Assembly: GCA_001949185.1 (NCBI GenBank)
Contig: BDGG01000008.1
Location: forward strand, 1,838,761 to 1,902,760
Length of the DNA: 64,000 bases
Source of the DNA: Ramazzottius varieornatus
Lineage: Eukaryota > Animalia > Tardigrada
Direction of reading: 5' to 3'
Below are positions 12,501-24,306 of this stretch, in pieces. Within the stretch, counting starts at the first letter, position 1. Every line of letters begins with the position of its first letter. The notes beneath the pieces are model-generated. The model saw nothing but the letters and a program-made list of their open reading frames with translations. It had not been told where the DNA came from and searched no databases. The position numbers and the translations under genes are program-made.

Positions 12501-14238
12501 GACACCATGACCGTCCCATAACCAAAATTTTGATCTAGTGATGTTCTAATATAGTAATATTATATTAAAGTAGATAATATTAGATGGTTTGAGCATTTAC
12601 TATATTTAGTAATATTTAGTGAACAGAATTGGGCACCGCATTCTAAGATTTATAGTTTAGTAGCTTGAGACCGGAAGTGCGATATTTTATTATTCTTAAG
12701 TTGTCCATCATATATAGTAAAATATAATTTAATAAAGGTAACGCTACCGCTGATTCGAAAAACTGTTTGATTTGCTGAGTTCTGATGCGAGTGCGTTGGT
12801 TTCTCAATGTGCGACCACGCCTTATAAAGTGCGCCACACCATAATGATGCCTCTACAGCAGCACAGTAGGGCTACTGCAAATAAATACCCATAAACATCG
12901 GGCACCTGCATAGAGTCTGACACTTCAACCGGCCATGTTACAGTGTGCAGGTGCAGGGTGCAAGCTGTACTGCAGTATTTTTGCTAACCTGATGGTTGTG
13001 ATTCTGAATCTCCAGATCTTCCGTCGAGCTCTCCGATATTAAAATATATTTTAATAACAAACCCCCGAAAGTTCTACTATAGTAATAATTTATTGAATCA
13101 GGTAGACGTTTTACTACAGCAGTGGTCACTTATTACAAGTTTGATGGACGGCGGATATTTATTTTTATTTTTATATTAGATCTCATTAACCCATATTAGA
13201 ACATCACTAGTTTGGTCCATTTGATATAGGGCGCGTCGGCCCTGCTTGTCAGCCTAGTAATAATTTTGCTCGCTTTTTACTCTGCCAACCCTAGAAACAG
13301 TCGCTGAACCGAGATGTGAGACGTCGGAAAAACGGAGCGCCGAGAACTAGGGCGTTTCGACAGCGGGTCCGAGCACATTGTATAGTATTTTTCGCGGTGG
13401 TTCTTTGCGACTTTTTAGCTGCTAGCCCAAAATGACCTTTGCCTGATCCTGGGTGATTTTACTTAACTTCGTTGCCAATGTTATAACGAGGTCTAATTAC
13501 CTTAATCTCGAAGTAAGAGAACGTAAGCTGCAATACCGGCAAGCACGTTTGAAATCTCGTCCAAAAAAGCATAAACTAGTGCCTTCGGAGCGTGTCGGCT
13601 ACATGATGTTTTTTGTCCACACAGTTGTCCACAATTTCTGTCACAAATTCCTTCTTAAACGGTCCACGACCTGGTCAAAAGGATTTTTTGGGTTACGATA
13701 GTATAGGGGTAGGATGAAATTGATCAAAAGATTTAAATTAGTAATTAATAGATTTGCCGTTACGGAATATATTCCTAGGCAAAATCGGACCCCCTCGACT
13801 AGGAGGACGCCGGTGGAAGGTGGAGTGGATGGTCTCTGCTATCTGGCTGAAAGGGAGTAAACTACAGTTCTCACCGACTCCAATGAAGACAGTCATGTTA
13901 GAGTTCGTCTTCCTTCTTGTGTAAAAGTATTCTGCGACCAGGAAGTCCACATTGTCAGTGAAGAGTGGACAAGATGTGTACCGTTTGTCATACAGTAACG
14001 TGTGGGTGAAGTTGGCTCGATGAGCGAAAGTTTGCCGAAGTTGATCCAATGCAACAATCATTCCAGGTGCAACATAGGGTAGATTAGAAAGAGACACATT
14101 GGAGTAAATATTTCCAACAGTGATAATCTCAACCTGTATCGGTTCTTGAAGAAAGGAGCTGGAAGCTCCGCAAATCCTCGTCCTGGCAGAAAAGCAGATA
14201 AAAAAAAACAGTAAATAACTGCAGTTCATGGACAGCAT
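3505..14238 (-). CDS. ANF-receptor-domain single-pass membrane receptor without kinase-homology/cyclase domain (gene A, multi-exon)
   Basis: Exons from 5517 down to the stop at 3505 splice in frame: GCTERTAMGKLISGWN, KTLYPNV, MTNGEY, WKYGDKFDE, YWNRTF, PPPNEPPCGFLG, TM IVIASVMSVLLVLMLLLLLW, tail of about 45 aa. The signal-peptide exon 14238-13875 is the inferred first exon (phase-compatible). Confidence 0.75.
6631..7158. mobile_element. piggyBac-like non-autonomous element (copy of 42087-42605)
   Basis: Preceded by TTAA and begins CACTCTG. Highly similar over about 520 bp to 42087-42605. Right end degenerate. Confidence 0.7.
8459..8890 (+). CDS. Harbinger DDE nuclease, N-terminal part (truncated by N gap)
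   Basis: FKRNARMTRQAF...VFRNKS...QAPVPDQLMVALSRFG resembles the HARBI1-like N-terminal region. The catalytic core falls in the gap. Confidence 0.75.
9236..9700 (-). CDS. Harbinger Myb/SANT-like DNA-binding protein (partial)
   Basis: WTKQAEESLLQWL...GNY...KTEKQVTTKVHNLVGKWKEA...TGFG, inside the TIRs and opposite the nuclease. Confidence 0.75.
   Translation of the reverse strand: MSSCDAPSILYRGQLLPKPAVQQVLVQSRMAEKCTVQATKREGWTKQAEESLLQWLETPGNYDKFRSAPQDKGDGRKRTSSNTRMDITRKIVEHLAKSGAVKTEKQVTTKVHNLVGKWKEAHLAKTGTGFGVNGEGTKNGKALRGKTNFQFTEL
10204..10823. mobile_element. hAT-type MITE (CGATAT/ATATCG-rich)
   Basis: TIR TAGTGCTGGCAA; perfect 8-bp TSD GCGCCCTA. Confidence 0.92.
12536..13209. mobile_element. 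hAT-type MITE (AATAT/ATATT-rich)
   Basis: 17-bp TIR TAGTGATGTTCTAATAT; degenerate 8-bp TSD ttttgatc/gtttggtc. Confidence 0.82.
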
Positions 14239-16081
14239 TTCTTGGAACTTCCGATCAGTGTTTGATTATCAGGCCGAGCGAAGCGATGCCCTTATGAATC
14301 ACACGATTTCAATGCTAATCAGAATGTTCAGTCATGGCTTTATCGCAAACTCTGTTCTGTTAAAAGATGCGCTAGTTGATCGGATAATCTTAACTGCTCG
14401 ATCGGCCTTCCAGTGGTCAGGACCACGAGCTAGTTTAGCATGATACCGGTGTTGCAGATGGAGAAGGAGATACTTCGAAGAAAACCAAAAACATTGGATA
14501 TGGAACGTCTTATCGACATTTGTGGATGAACAGCGGCGAGACCACCCAGGTGTTCACTTAGTATAAGGTTCATTCATCGGCGCGACATCGGGGTCTTTCC
14601 AAATAGCATGGTGTGTATGAATCAAAGGCGCTCTTCTCAAGTTGTTACTGACTAGAGTGAATTGAAAGTGAGTATACACAGTATGGGAAGAAGCTACTTT
14701 AAAATCAATGCAGAATACTTGCGTAGTTGGTCAAGCACTTGCCGAAATCGAGCAAACTTTCTAGTCAATATAAATACAAGATCTAGAGTCCTCAAACCAA
14801 GCCAGCAATCCACACGCCCACCTTGCGCGGTGTACACTTCTCGAAACGGTAGCGAAACCAGTAAGACGATCAATGGTACCAAGACCAATGCAAATCTCGT
14901 GATCCGACGATAGAACGGACCAGATCACACACAGCATCGCGCTTTTGTCCGTATAGCCGATGTTTGACTCAATCGCATGACCCAAGCTCGACTCAAGTCA
15001 CTCCCCACATCGCCGATGCAGTAGTAATGAACTTCCGGCCTTCGGACCCAGGAGTCAGTTGACCCAGCTGCACCGAGTCGAAGTAATGAAAAGAAACGGC
15101 AGTCGAACGTGGTTCAAATTGAACCTCAATCGAGTACATACCTGGATTATCATGTGTCAAAAATTAGAAGTTGGGCCCAATGACCTTGCAATCCTGTTGG
15201 TTTAGTGACGGGCTCAGAGTGAGTACGATAGTGGCTCGTACATTGATTTCGTATCATTCTACCTTGAAAAGCGCATATCAGATTACAAATGAGTGAAACC
15301 ATGGCTGATTTCTTTACACAGGACAGAAGGTCAAAAGAAAACAACGACCATCCGGTGTATCTCAGGTGTCTGGATGTACCAAGAAAGTAACCAAATCCAG
15401 CGAAAAAGTAGCTCGAAGCTCTCACACACAACAAAATCCATACAATTGCATCGAGGCCAGCTCGAGCAAGACATACACAACCGATGGCGATTACCAACAA
15501 AGAAAAAACATGCTACCTACACAAGCCACTCAAAAGGACTTGGGAGCTATTCGACAGCGGGCGGCACAGTCGAACTACGGATCTGTCACACCTAAAAACC
15601 GTTGCACGCACACAGAAATCAATCCATCGCGAGCAGCCAGCTGTCGCTTGTTTTCCAAGGTGCTTTCGGGAACCGTTACAATGGCAGCGTGAACTTTACG
15701 TTGCTGCTGATCCGTCTCGTTCAACGCGCTCACTAGTGCGTTCAAGTTGCGTCACCATTTATCCTTCGGAGAACCTACAAATCCGGATACAAGTCGAATA
15801 TTCATTTTGACTCAAGTGGCGCATATCGTTGTCCCAAAAGGCGCACTTGTTCAATGTTATTGGCCGATACTGTGCGCCAATTGGGAAAACGATCATGTTC
15901 AAGGTATTGATAATTCCCGGATCGAGAGCACGAATCAGCCGAAGTCATATATGCTACTATGAAATCTTGGTCTCATGCGCCAGTTTAGACGTACACAAGT
16001 TGTGGTCAAACCGCTTAAGAGGCCAGCAGTTGTATCGATGAATCGTGCAGCTGTACTAATAATTCACAGAGGCCGTACGTA

Positions 16082-16167
16082 CAGCCAGCCCCTTATGCGA
16101 CTTGATTGGCACTGATGGTGCAGCCAGCCCCTTATGTGACTTGATTGGCACTGATGGTGCAGCCAGC
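16082..16167. repeat. 39-bp tandem repeat, about 2.2 copies
   Basis: cagccagccccttatgygacttgattggcactgatggtg repeated directly. Confidence 0.9.
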
Positions 16168-16804
16168 GGGAACAGCTGATAAAGGATGATCACGTCTCCT
16201 GCTGTGGAACGATAGATCACCGTCAGTACAGGGATCAGTAATTTTGGCTCAATAAATCAATGCCGTGCAACTATGTATATACATATGCATAGGTATCAAC
16301 TCCGAATCAGCACTGGCCTGGTCCTAAAGACATAACCAGGGCCGGGTCAATCGACGCCCGTTTCTGTCGGGAAGCAGTTCTTGCCGCCTCTTTTGCCAAC
16401 AAAGCTGCAGTTTACCAGGTCGTTGTTGCATCTTTTGCCTTCTTCGAGACAAGATCGTTGTGGTACAGCCCCGGGCTGCAGCACGCTTGTGAGGGTCTCG
16501 GTTGTTGCTGGTATAGCGAGGTTTTTCTAGCTAATGTATAGGGGCATACAGAGCCAATGTCGAACACGGCAAACTGAACGGACCGTCGGTAGTCATGACA
16601 TTCTCATTGTCGTCGGATGGTTCGGGAAGAAGTCCGTCGGCAGAAGTGTGTCGAGACTGAGACGGAAAGCTGCTTGAAGAGTCATCATCCGTTGACTGCA
16701 GAACCCATGTGAGACGCGTTGGGGTACCTTCTGCCTGCAAGGCCGGTTTATCGTTTTACTAAGAACTCCGCGCGTCCCTATCCTGCTACAAAAATGAGCT
16801 TTAA

Positions 16805-17332
16805 CACTCTGTTTGCCAAGCTATTCGTGTCGGCAGATTACCAGCGTGCTCATTGTAAGCACAGAGCTTTAAGTGCTGGAAAAGGGAAGGCGTGACCCAA
16901 ATCAGCAAATACGGAATTTTCGGACTTTCGATGATTCGGAAGATTGGCAGGCCGTAAAGGCCACCCCGGAGAGAGTAGTCTAGGCCATTTTGATTTTTTT
17001 CTGAACGCACCGATAATAACCAAATTCGTTCCAGGGTGAAATTCTATAGAGGAAACTCTCCTCAGTGTTCAGGCTTTTTCCTGACCGGATCCTTGGTATG
17101 TACATCGAGTAAAACCTTTGAACTTAGAAGATCACTGAAACCACCGGAGTTCGTAGATATTTTTTTCCGCCTGCCGGAGTTACGCTGACCAATGGTCAAC
17201 ATCTGCACTTTGGTCACAGGACCACAGATCAGGCAAAAAAAACCAGTTTGATCCAGACGGGGAAAGTGGGAATTGTGAGGATAAAAAAAGTGTCGTGTTG
17301 TGCTTACAATGAGCACGGTGGTAACCAGAGTG
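16805..17332. mobile_element. piggyBac-like non-autonomous element
   Basis: TTAA on both flanks; 14-bp TIR CACTCTGkTTrCCA; perfect 19-bp internal inverted repeat at 16845-16863 and 17299-17317. Confidence 0.85.
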
Positions 17333-17589
17333 TTAATTCACTTCAGCTTCCTACACCTGCCGAAATTCGTCACTTATTCTTTCATGGAACTGGCTTGTAA
17401 AGTCAGACGGAAATCCGTACTAAATAATCCTGACGCTTTACTACAAAATTTTGTCGGAAAATTCATCACTGAATATTTCAGTGAGTTTTGGCTCGATTGC
17501 TGAAAAATTGTCCGTGGCGATCGCTTGCTTTTACATGGATGAGTAAAAGAGCATTTGTGGTTCCCTTAGTTGTAACAGATGCACATCTA

Positions 17590-18589
17590 GTGTAAAATCT
17601 CGTTCAACTCGACGATAGAAATGCCTACCTGTAAACTTCTACCCACGACCATGGATAGCATTTACGGCGTACGTACGTAGAACCAGCTGATTGCTGGTTA
17701 CTCACACTCTATAAACATGTCTGTACAACGTAGCTTGACGTCATTCATGGCACACCAACAGTCAGACGCCTTGAACTCGGTGTCTCCAAAATCGCGCACA
17801 ACAACATCCCTCGCTTTTTCCTTGATATCTCCGTTCCTCACTTCTAGTCGTTTTCCTGGACCGCGGAGGTCCAGAACCCATCCATAGAGTTCTACGTCCA
17901 TTTGAGGATACATCGCGGGAGTCTTCTTTCTGACAGGTGGAGGTCCGGCGCACCTGTCACACCTCAAAGTAAGTCCGCTGCGTCATTTCTTTACATTACG
18001 AAAATTTTAACTTACATGCTGAGCCAACCTTTCAAAGTGGTTGTAGGGATCTGCACTCTTCTGGCGAATTCCGCTATGGAAGTTTTCTTCTCGTTGTTTT
18101 CCTCGTGGTAGTTATTAGCGACACGTCTCTTTTCCGCAATGGAGTAGGTATTCTGGTGCCAGCCCATGTTCTCCGATGCCTTTCCAAAAACTCAGAAAAC
18201 GTTCTGCGATGCTGACAAGCCTGGCCAGCGCGTGGCCGCAAAGTGTTGACCGGATTGTTCACCTTCCCAACTTCTGCAGCGCAGCACAACGATAAATGGC
18301 AGGTTACTGATTATATCGTATGCATACCCACAAGTGAAAAATTGCCTTAAAGATCCTCCAAATTCAAACATAAACAAAGGCAAGAGAATCACAACTCGAA
18401 GCTAGAATTTCAGTAATGATGCATATTGCGTCAGTCTTGCTCATGGAAAGGCTGCCCGGACTGGGGAGTAAGCCGTGTAACCAGCAATCAGCTGGTTTTA
18501 CGTACGTACGCCGTAAATACTATCTAGGGTCCTGGGTAGAAATATACGGGTAGGGCATTTCTATCGTCGAGTTGAACGAGATTTTACAG
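17590..18589 (-). mobile_element. Internally deleted pogo/Tigger-like element
   Basis: About 110-bp TIRs and TA flanks. Remnant HTH_psq (FARRVQIPTTTLKGW) and CENP-B HTH (YPQMDVELYGWV...IKEKA...FKASDCW). No DDE domain. Confidence 0.85.
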
Positions 18590-18661
18590 TACATTTGCAT
18601 TGTCCCAATGCCCAAGAAGAAACAATCGTAGATTCGGAGTACACCGCACTAGGGGATCCTA

Positions 18662-19140
18662 GGTGTTTGTAGCAATATGTACTATGAGTCTACTAAATTG
18701 CACATGTGTGCGCATCACCTGTGCATTTCGATTTAGCCAATCAGTCGATCAGACAGCATATTTTATTGCTCGGTTGATGAAATTCGATTGATCGCTTGAA
18801 TTTCTTGATTGTTTCAGCTGAATTGTGATCTGATGATTGTTTAGTTACCTTTCCTTGATTTTTGATGATCCGGTCCACCCGGATTGATGATTAATACGAC
18901 CGACTTGGCTTGGTCGTTCGCCGAAAGGTCGGGCCAAGTTGGTGGCCGGCTGACAGGCTGTCATGTCAGGTAGTGACATGACAGTCTGGCAGTTAACCGC
19001 ATGATGTCAGGATATTTCGTAACAGGTCTTATGTTTTTGTTCACCACTGTCTAATCTTCCCGTTTAGCGGTGACTTGCGCCCACCTTTCCTAAGACCACA
19101 ACTCCTTTTGCTACCTCCACCCCATCCGATTCTGATTAGC
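18662..19140 (+). repeat. Unclassified interspersed repeat (diverged inverted copy at 57890-58409)
   Basis: Shared blocks such as ctaaattgcacat, cacccggattgatga, acgaccgact, gacaggctgt, tgacatgacagtctg and ccacctttc in the same order. Confidence 0.75.
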
Positions 19141-20189
19141 TGGTTGCTAGCACCATAATGGTGTTGACGGAGGGTTTGCAAAGCAAGACGGTTCTGTTCT
19201 CATACAGGTGGATTCATAAGTGTTTTGCCAATTCGAGGCTTATTTCGTGAAACCGTTTCCTCCAGTCCAGAGATAGCTCTGCTATTTCCTACCATTCTAA
19301 GGAAACGCAAGATATTTTGATTATCAGGAAGAGAAGATATCCTTAAGATATATGTGACTAAGGTTGGAACTTGGTAGCTTTCAACAGAGCATGGCTCACA
19401 AAGAGCGAAACCAAGTGCAACTGCACGCCCATGCAGCATCAATGACAGCAGAACCGCGCAGTTGATTCCAGCCCAGCGTTTCCCTATCAGAGCGATAAGC
19501 TATGAGAACTCTCTTACCATTTTCAGATTTCAAGCATCCGGGAAAATGGCAGTCGCTCAACCTCGGTAGACGTATCCAGCTCAGATGAGTGTGCCTGGTA
19601 ACTGGAATCAGCTGTTCCCAGAATATCACAGCGTCTTCTGTTGATGTCTGGAAGATGTCAGCTTAGAGCAGGGCAGCGGATAGGACAGAGAGGAGTGAGC
19701 AAATAGGAGGGAAGGTTTTGATGACGATTCCAGCAGGAGCAGATGTGATGGAAATGAATTTTCATCTTCCAAAATTCAAAAGTCAAAACTGCATGCGTGT
19801 GCATTAGCAACCTAGGTATCAGCGCACAGCCTGCGCTCGGTCACGTATGCGCAGGTTGAGATAAGTGTACACTGGGCACCTGTCCGGCGCTAACTGAAGT
19901 ACGAGATACACTTCGCTCGCTACATTGCTAGGTACTCTTTTTTTTCTTGGGTGAGAGTATGTGAAGAAGATATGCTCACAGAGACTTTTGCCCTGAACTA
20001 TTCGAAAGCGTTCTTATGTTGCAAAAATCTATAAAGAGCGAACAATTTTCGCTCGTTAGTTTGATGCTTTCAACGTTGATCAGCAACGCTCGGCTGCCAA
20101 AATCCGAGGCTATTGTCTTTGTTTGCAAGTATCAGCCTTTCGGTATAAAATTGCCGTTTTACGAACGCCCGTTTCAAAAATTTCTGTCT

Positions 20190-21150
20190 CTGCTCAGAAG
20201 CAATTGTATGACTTCTCTTTTTCGCTGAGCATTGTGGACGGTGTGTGCTTTCGTTTGAGCATGAGGAAGCTCTCGTTCAGCCTCGTACTTATATTCTAGA
20301 GCCCTTTTAGTTCGCGGCAGAATTCTGAGCATTGTGACTTCCTCGCTGAAAGAAATGTTTTGTCTACACCAGCGTTTTCAAAAATCCGTACCCTATCTCG
20401 AAATATCCTACGGCTTCCCATTTCAGTTTTGACAGAACAAGTGAGTGGATGAAATCAGAAAATGGAAACTTGACAAACCATTGGCCACAAAAGCGCAAAA
20501 GGCGGAACATGATGCCAACAGAAAATGGAACTTTTGCTCCCCGCCTCCTCAACCCCGCGGATTCGATCACTAGAAGGGAAACAGCTGATGTTTTGGCACT
20601 GCCAAAACTGACCAGCGGTGGACCATTCTGACGTCAAGGTTGGTCCCTTGTGGTCTTCCAAGTTTCCATTTTCTATTGGCATCCATTCAAGTCTTGTTCG
20701 GAAAACTTACAGAGGGAAAAAAGTGCTGAAAAAACTCTACTTTGTTAACAGAAACGTTTTCCTGTTCCAGGCCAGGACAGAGCAGATTTTGTCAGACTCC
20801 ACATATTGACTGTGGTCACTTTAGCGCATCCACCGAAAGTGTCGTTAATCTCGTCCATGCAAGATATGGCCGAAGAGAATGAAAACCTTCCTATCTTACT
20901 AAAGGGGCGCACGTTGTTGTCGGCAAACAACCCCGTCTTCCGCAATTTCTTTATTGCCAAATTCGAGGAGACTTTTTTGTTGAAGTTGGACAATAGCCGA
21001 ATTTCGAAAGTCGTACTACGACGCAGAAACGAAGTTTTGTGGTGCGAACCCAAAAACCGGCAGTTTCATCCCACTTTGGTTTGCAAGAGATGCTCGCAGG
21101 CGTTTACCAATGTGGATATATTCTCCAGACACTTCTCACTTTTGACTTAA
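20190..21150 (+). pseudogene. Degenerate C2H2 zinc-finger gene remnant interrupted by a MITE
   Basis: HCGRCVLSFEHEEALVQP and VCKRCSQAFTNVDIFSRHF fit C-x2-C-x3-F-x5-hydrophobic but lack full His ligands. Confidence 0.35.
20425..20708. mobile_element. MITE with imperfect long TIRs (second copy at about 39405-39655)
   Basis: Inverted ends ...ggatgaaatcagaaaatggaaacttg / caagtttccattttctattggcatcc...; clear similarity to 39405-39655. Confidence 0.7.
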
Positions 21151-21255
21151 CCTGTAGAGGTAACCTTGAGGAGCGCCGTGCTGCGAAAACTAACGTCAAT
21201 CATTCAATCACTAACATCAATACAAAGCTTAATACATAGCATAATTCAGCGTTGG

Positions 21256-22067
21256 TAGAGCTGTTGAAAATCAGACCAGACCACTTAGAAAGTGGTTTAT
21301 ATGGTTTATGTGGTTCGTGATTTCACATCCAAACCGAACCACCTCAAACCATATGGCATCTCAAACCAAACCATTCAAACCGGTTTCGATCTCACGCCAA
21401 ACCATATGAACCACTGGTTTATGTGGTTTAATATGGTTTGCGGTAAAGGTAAATTTCATACGAGATCTGCAGATTCTGTGCTAGAAGTCGGGTCGAAACT
21501 GGCCGTCTGACAGTGCCAATCTTGTTTTCCCCCACTGCCACCGTGCGCAGCCAGATCTTTCTGAGTGCCACGTGATGCACAGCTTTAACTGGGTGAGCTT
21601 TGTGTCATAAGCTGCGCGACATCAGAACTACGCCTTCCGTCAGGTAAAAATTGCAGTTCCGGTAGTGTCGGACAACTTTGCTGTTGGAAAAATGATTGCA
21701 CTACCAGATGGCTTGTCATGGTGCTTTTCTAACTCCAGCTCGCGCCAGTTTTGCCTCTTTTGCGTCTGTTTTTAGAAAAACCAGCAACAGTCGCTCAACT
21801 TCTTATGTTCTCGGTGGTTATTTTCGTTGGCTAGTCAATTAAAGAAAACTGTGTCAGAATTTACGATGTACTGGTGATCAAAAAGCTGTTCGCAAACCGG
21901 TTCAAACCGGTGGTTTATGTGGTCTGGTTTGAATGGTCTGGTTGAGAGTTCAGACCAGACCACTTTTGGTGGTTTGCGGGAGAAACCATCTTCATTTAAC
22001 CGGTTTGGCATGCAAACCACCAGTTAAACCGAACCATACCATATTGTTTAAACCATTAACAGCTCTA
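21256..22067. mobile_element. hAT-type MITE (AACCA/TGGTT-rich)
   Basis: TIR TAGAGCTGTT; 8-bp TSD agcgttgg/agtgttgg. Confidence 0.85.
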
Positions 22068-24153
22068 AGTGTTGGAAGTATTTGGGAATGGTGAATGGAG
22101 TAAATCCGTCACGACGCAACAATATTTAGCCGTGTGCTATCACTGGCACGCATTTTGGGCACTCTGAACTTTGGTACTATGCATGTACACGAAGTGTCTG
22201 AAGGCTGGCCAGCCTAAATTGAGTTTTTTCCGGTATACGATTTGTGAACGAAACACCTTTTCTCTCCCTGTCGCCAAAGTCAACCACTGTCACGGGCTCT
22301 ACTGCTTCCCCAGGAGGCACGGAGATGGTGTCCTGTATAGCAGATTCCGTATCGGGGGCTTCAGGACCTTAAAAAGAAATAGATTCATGGACGAAACCCG
22401 AATGAGACCAGTATTGTCATTGTCTAACACCTTGAGCACCGGGCGGGAAACTCACTTTCCTGGCGGACACTAGTTCCTACGTAGTGTGATTCTGGCTTGA
22501 CTTTTATGACCCGTTTTTCCACGATTGCCTGCAGAATCACCTTATCGTGAAACTGCAACTAACGTCCACTGGTCAGTGGCTATGAAAAACTGCCTGGAAT
22601 TTGTTCGGGTTTCGATGAAATTTCGTCGTAGCCAGCAAATTTTCATTCAGCTTGGCTCTCTGTTGGCTTACAATCTCCAAAAAAATGAAGCTCTAGTTCA
22701 ATCAGTTTTGAATTTTGGTAAAATTTCAGGTTCGGAAAAAGATGGTCAACAAGGAATTATGAAGGTTGACCGTTTTGAGCTGGTAGGCGGCGCACTGTAC
22801 ATCGTATTCCCAAACTTTGGGCAATCGAAGAGGTGGTGATTGGTCAAATTTGGCCCCGCCCACCAGCCTCAACCAGTTAAGATGATGCGAAAGTGGGTTT
22901 CCTACCTCGTATTCTGAAAGGATGAAATCGAGTCGTGGTCAGGGTGTTAGAACAGTTCACTATCTTGGATGATGTACAAGCTGTTCGCTCGCCTTCGGCT
23001 CGCTCCCAACTTGGTGTGTCATAGGGAAAACTACCGTCTGGTGTTTGGTATTGCTCATGTTTTTGTTCCAACCGACAAAAATGATGAAAGGGTAATGAGG
23101 AAGTTATAGTCAGTAAACAGAGGGAGATAATGGAGTGGGTTTTGAATTAGCGAAGATTACAAAACGCAGAGAACTTTAAGGGAGGGTGAACTGTCGGTAT
23201 TGAGGTGGAGTAAATATGAGGGTGAGTTAACCGTTGAGTTCGTTGTGCATCCAGGTTTTGACGTCTTCGGTTTGCTGGTCGTTGTTAAAGTACCATTTAA
23301 GTGCCATTAAAGTACCATAAAAATTCGTGTTGCGGAAGCACCCTGAAGGAATCTGATCCTCTAATTACACTACCCAGAGTCTCTAATGCTCTGATTAAAC
23401 TGTTTATGATCGGTGTTTTTGCATCACACTGTCGTCAATACAACAACTTCTTTTGCCTTTACTGCGATTGCCTCTACGCATGGATCTAATCGGATACCAG
23501 GCGGACCGTCTAATATTATACTTCATCGAAGAATGTATTACCGGATCCTTTCTGCCCAAATGCAGACAAGACCATCTCCGCTTTTTCTTACGTAATCAAC
23601 ACGGAGCTGGGTTCGTTCTTGACACGTACCGACCACCGCACGGTAACTCGGACACGAGGTCACTAGCGACATCTTGCGCTAACAGATGCTTTACAGCAGT
23701 TTCCACACTTCCATTTGGCATTCCATCCCGTAGGCTTTAGTCCCACTGTGTTATCGGACAGTTCTAGTCCAGCATGGATATGCGCTGTGTATCGGAACTT
23801 TCAGACCACCTGGCATAAGGAGGTGCGCAATATGCAAGTGGTCAGAGCTCCACCATATGTCTACAATAGGAGGATAGCCGTCCAATCGGCACATGCGCGC
23901 CTCCTAATTCCAGGGGTCTGAAAGTTGCGATACACAGCGCACACCCAAGTGGTCCAGTGCGTCCGACAAGCAAAAACTATCGCCGTTTTTCGCCGGGAAA
24001 TTATTTTTTTCGGGGGAGATTATTTTTGATCAAGCAGTAATTCAAACCGATGCTTTTGGCCGCAGCGAAGAACGACCGAATAATCATTTTCGCTTCGCCG
24101 AACCTCCCCTCGGTAGTCTAAAGGGGTTCCAGTTCTCGACCGAAACTGTTGTA

Positions 24154-24306
24154 CTGTAGTGCTACCAAATCATCGCGCACTCAACCACGTGAACAGTAAA
24201 TGACGTCGGAGCGAGAGTCACGGAGACGACACTGGGTCGTCTGATCGTACGTGGCAAGGCTGACTCAGCACGTGGTTAGGTGCGCGATAATTTGGTAGCT
24301 CTACAG
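24154..24306. mobile_element. Tc1/mariner-pogo-type small MITE
   Basis: About 48-bp imperfect TIR starting CTGTAGtGCTACCAAAT; TA on both sides. Confidence 0.8.

Noticed and set aside
16082-16167. CRISPR-like repeat
   Set aside because: Head-to-tail duplication without spacers in eukaryotic DNA.
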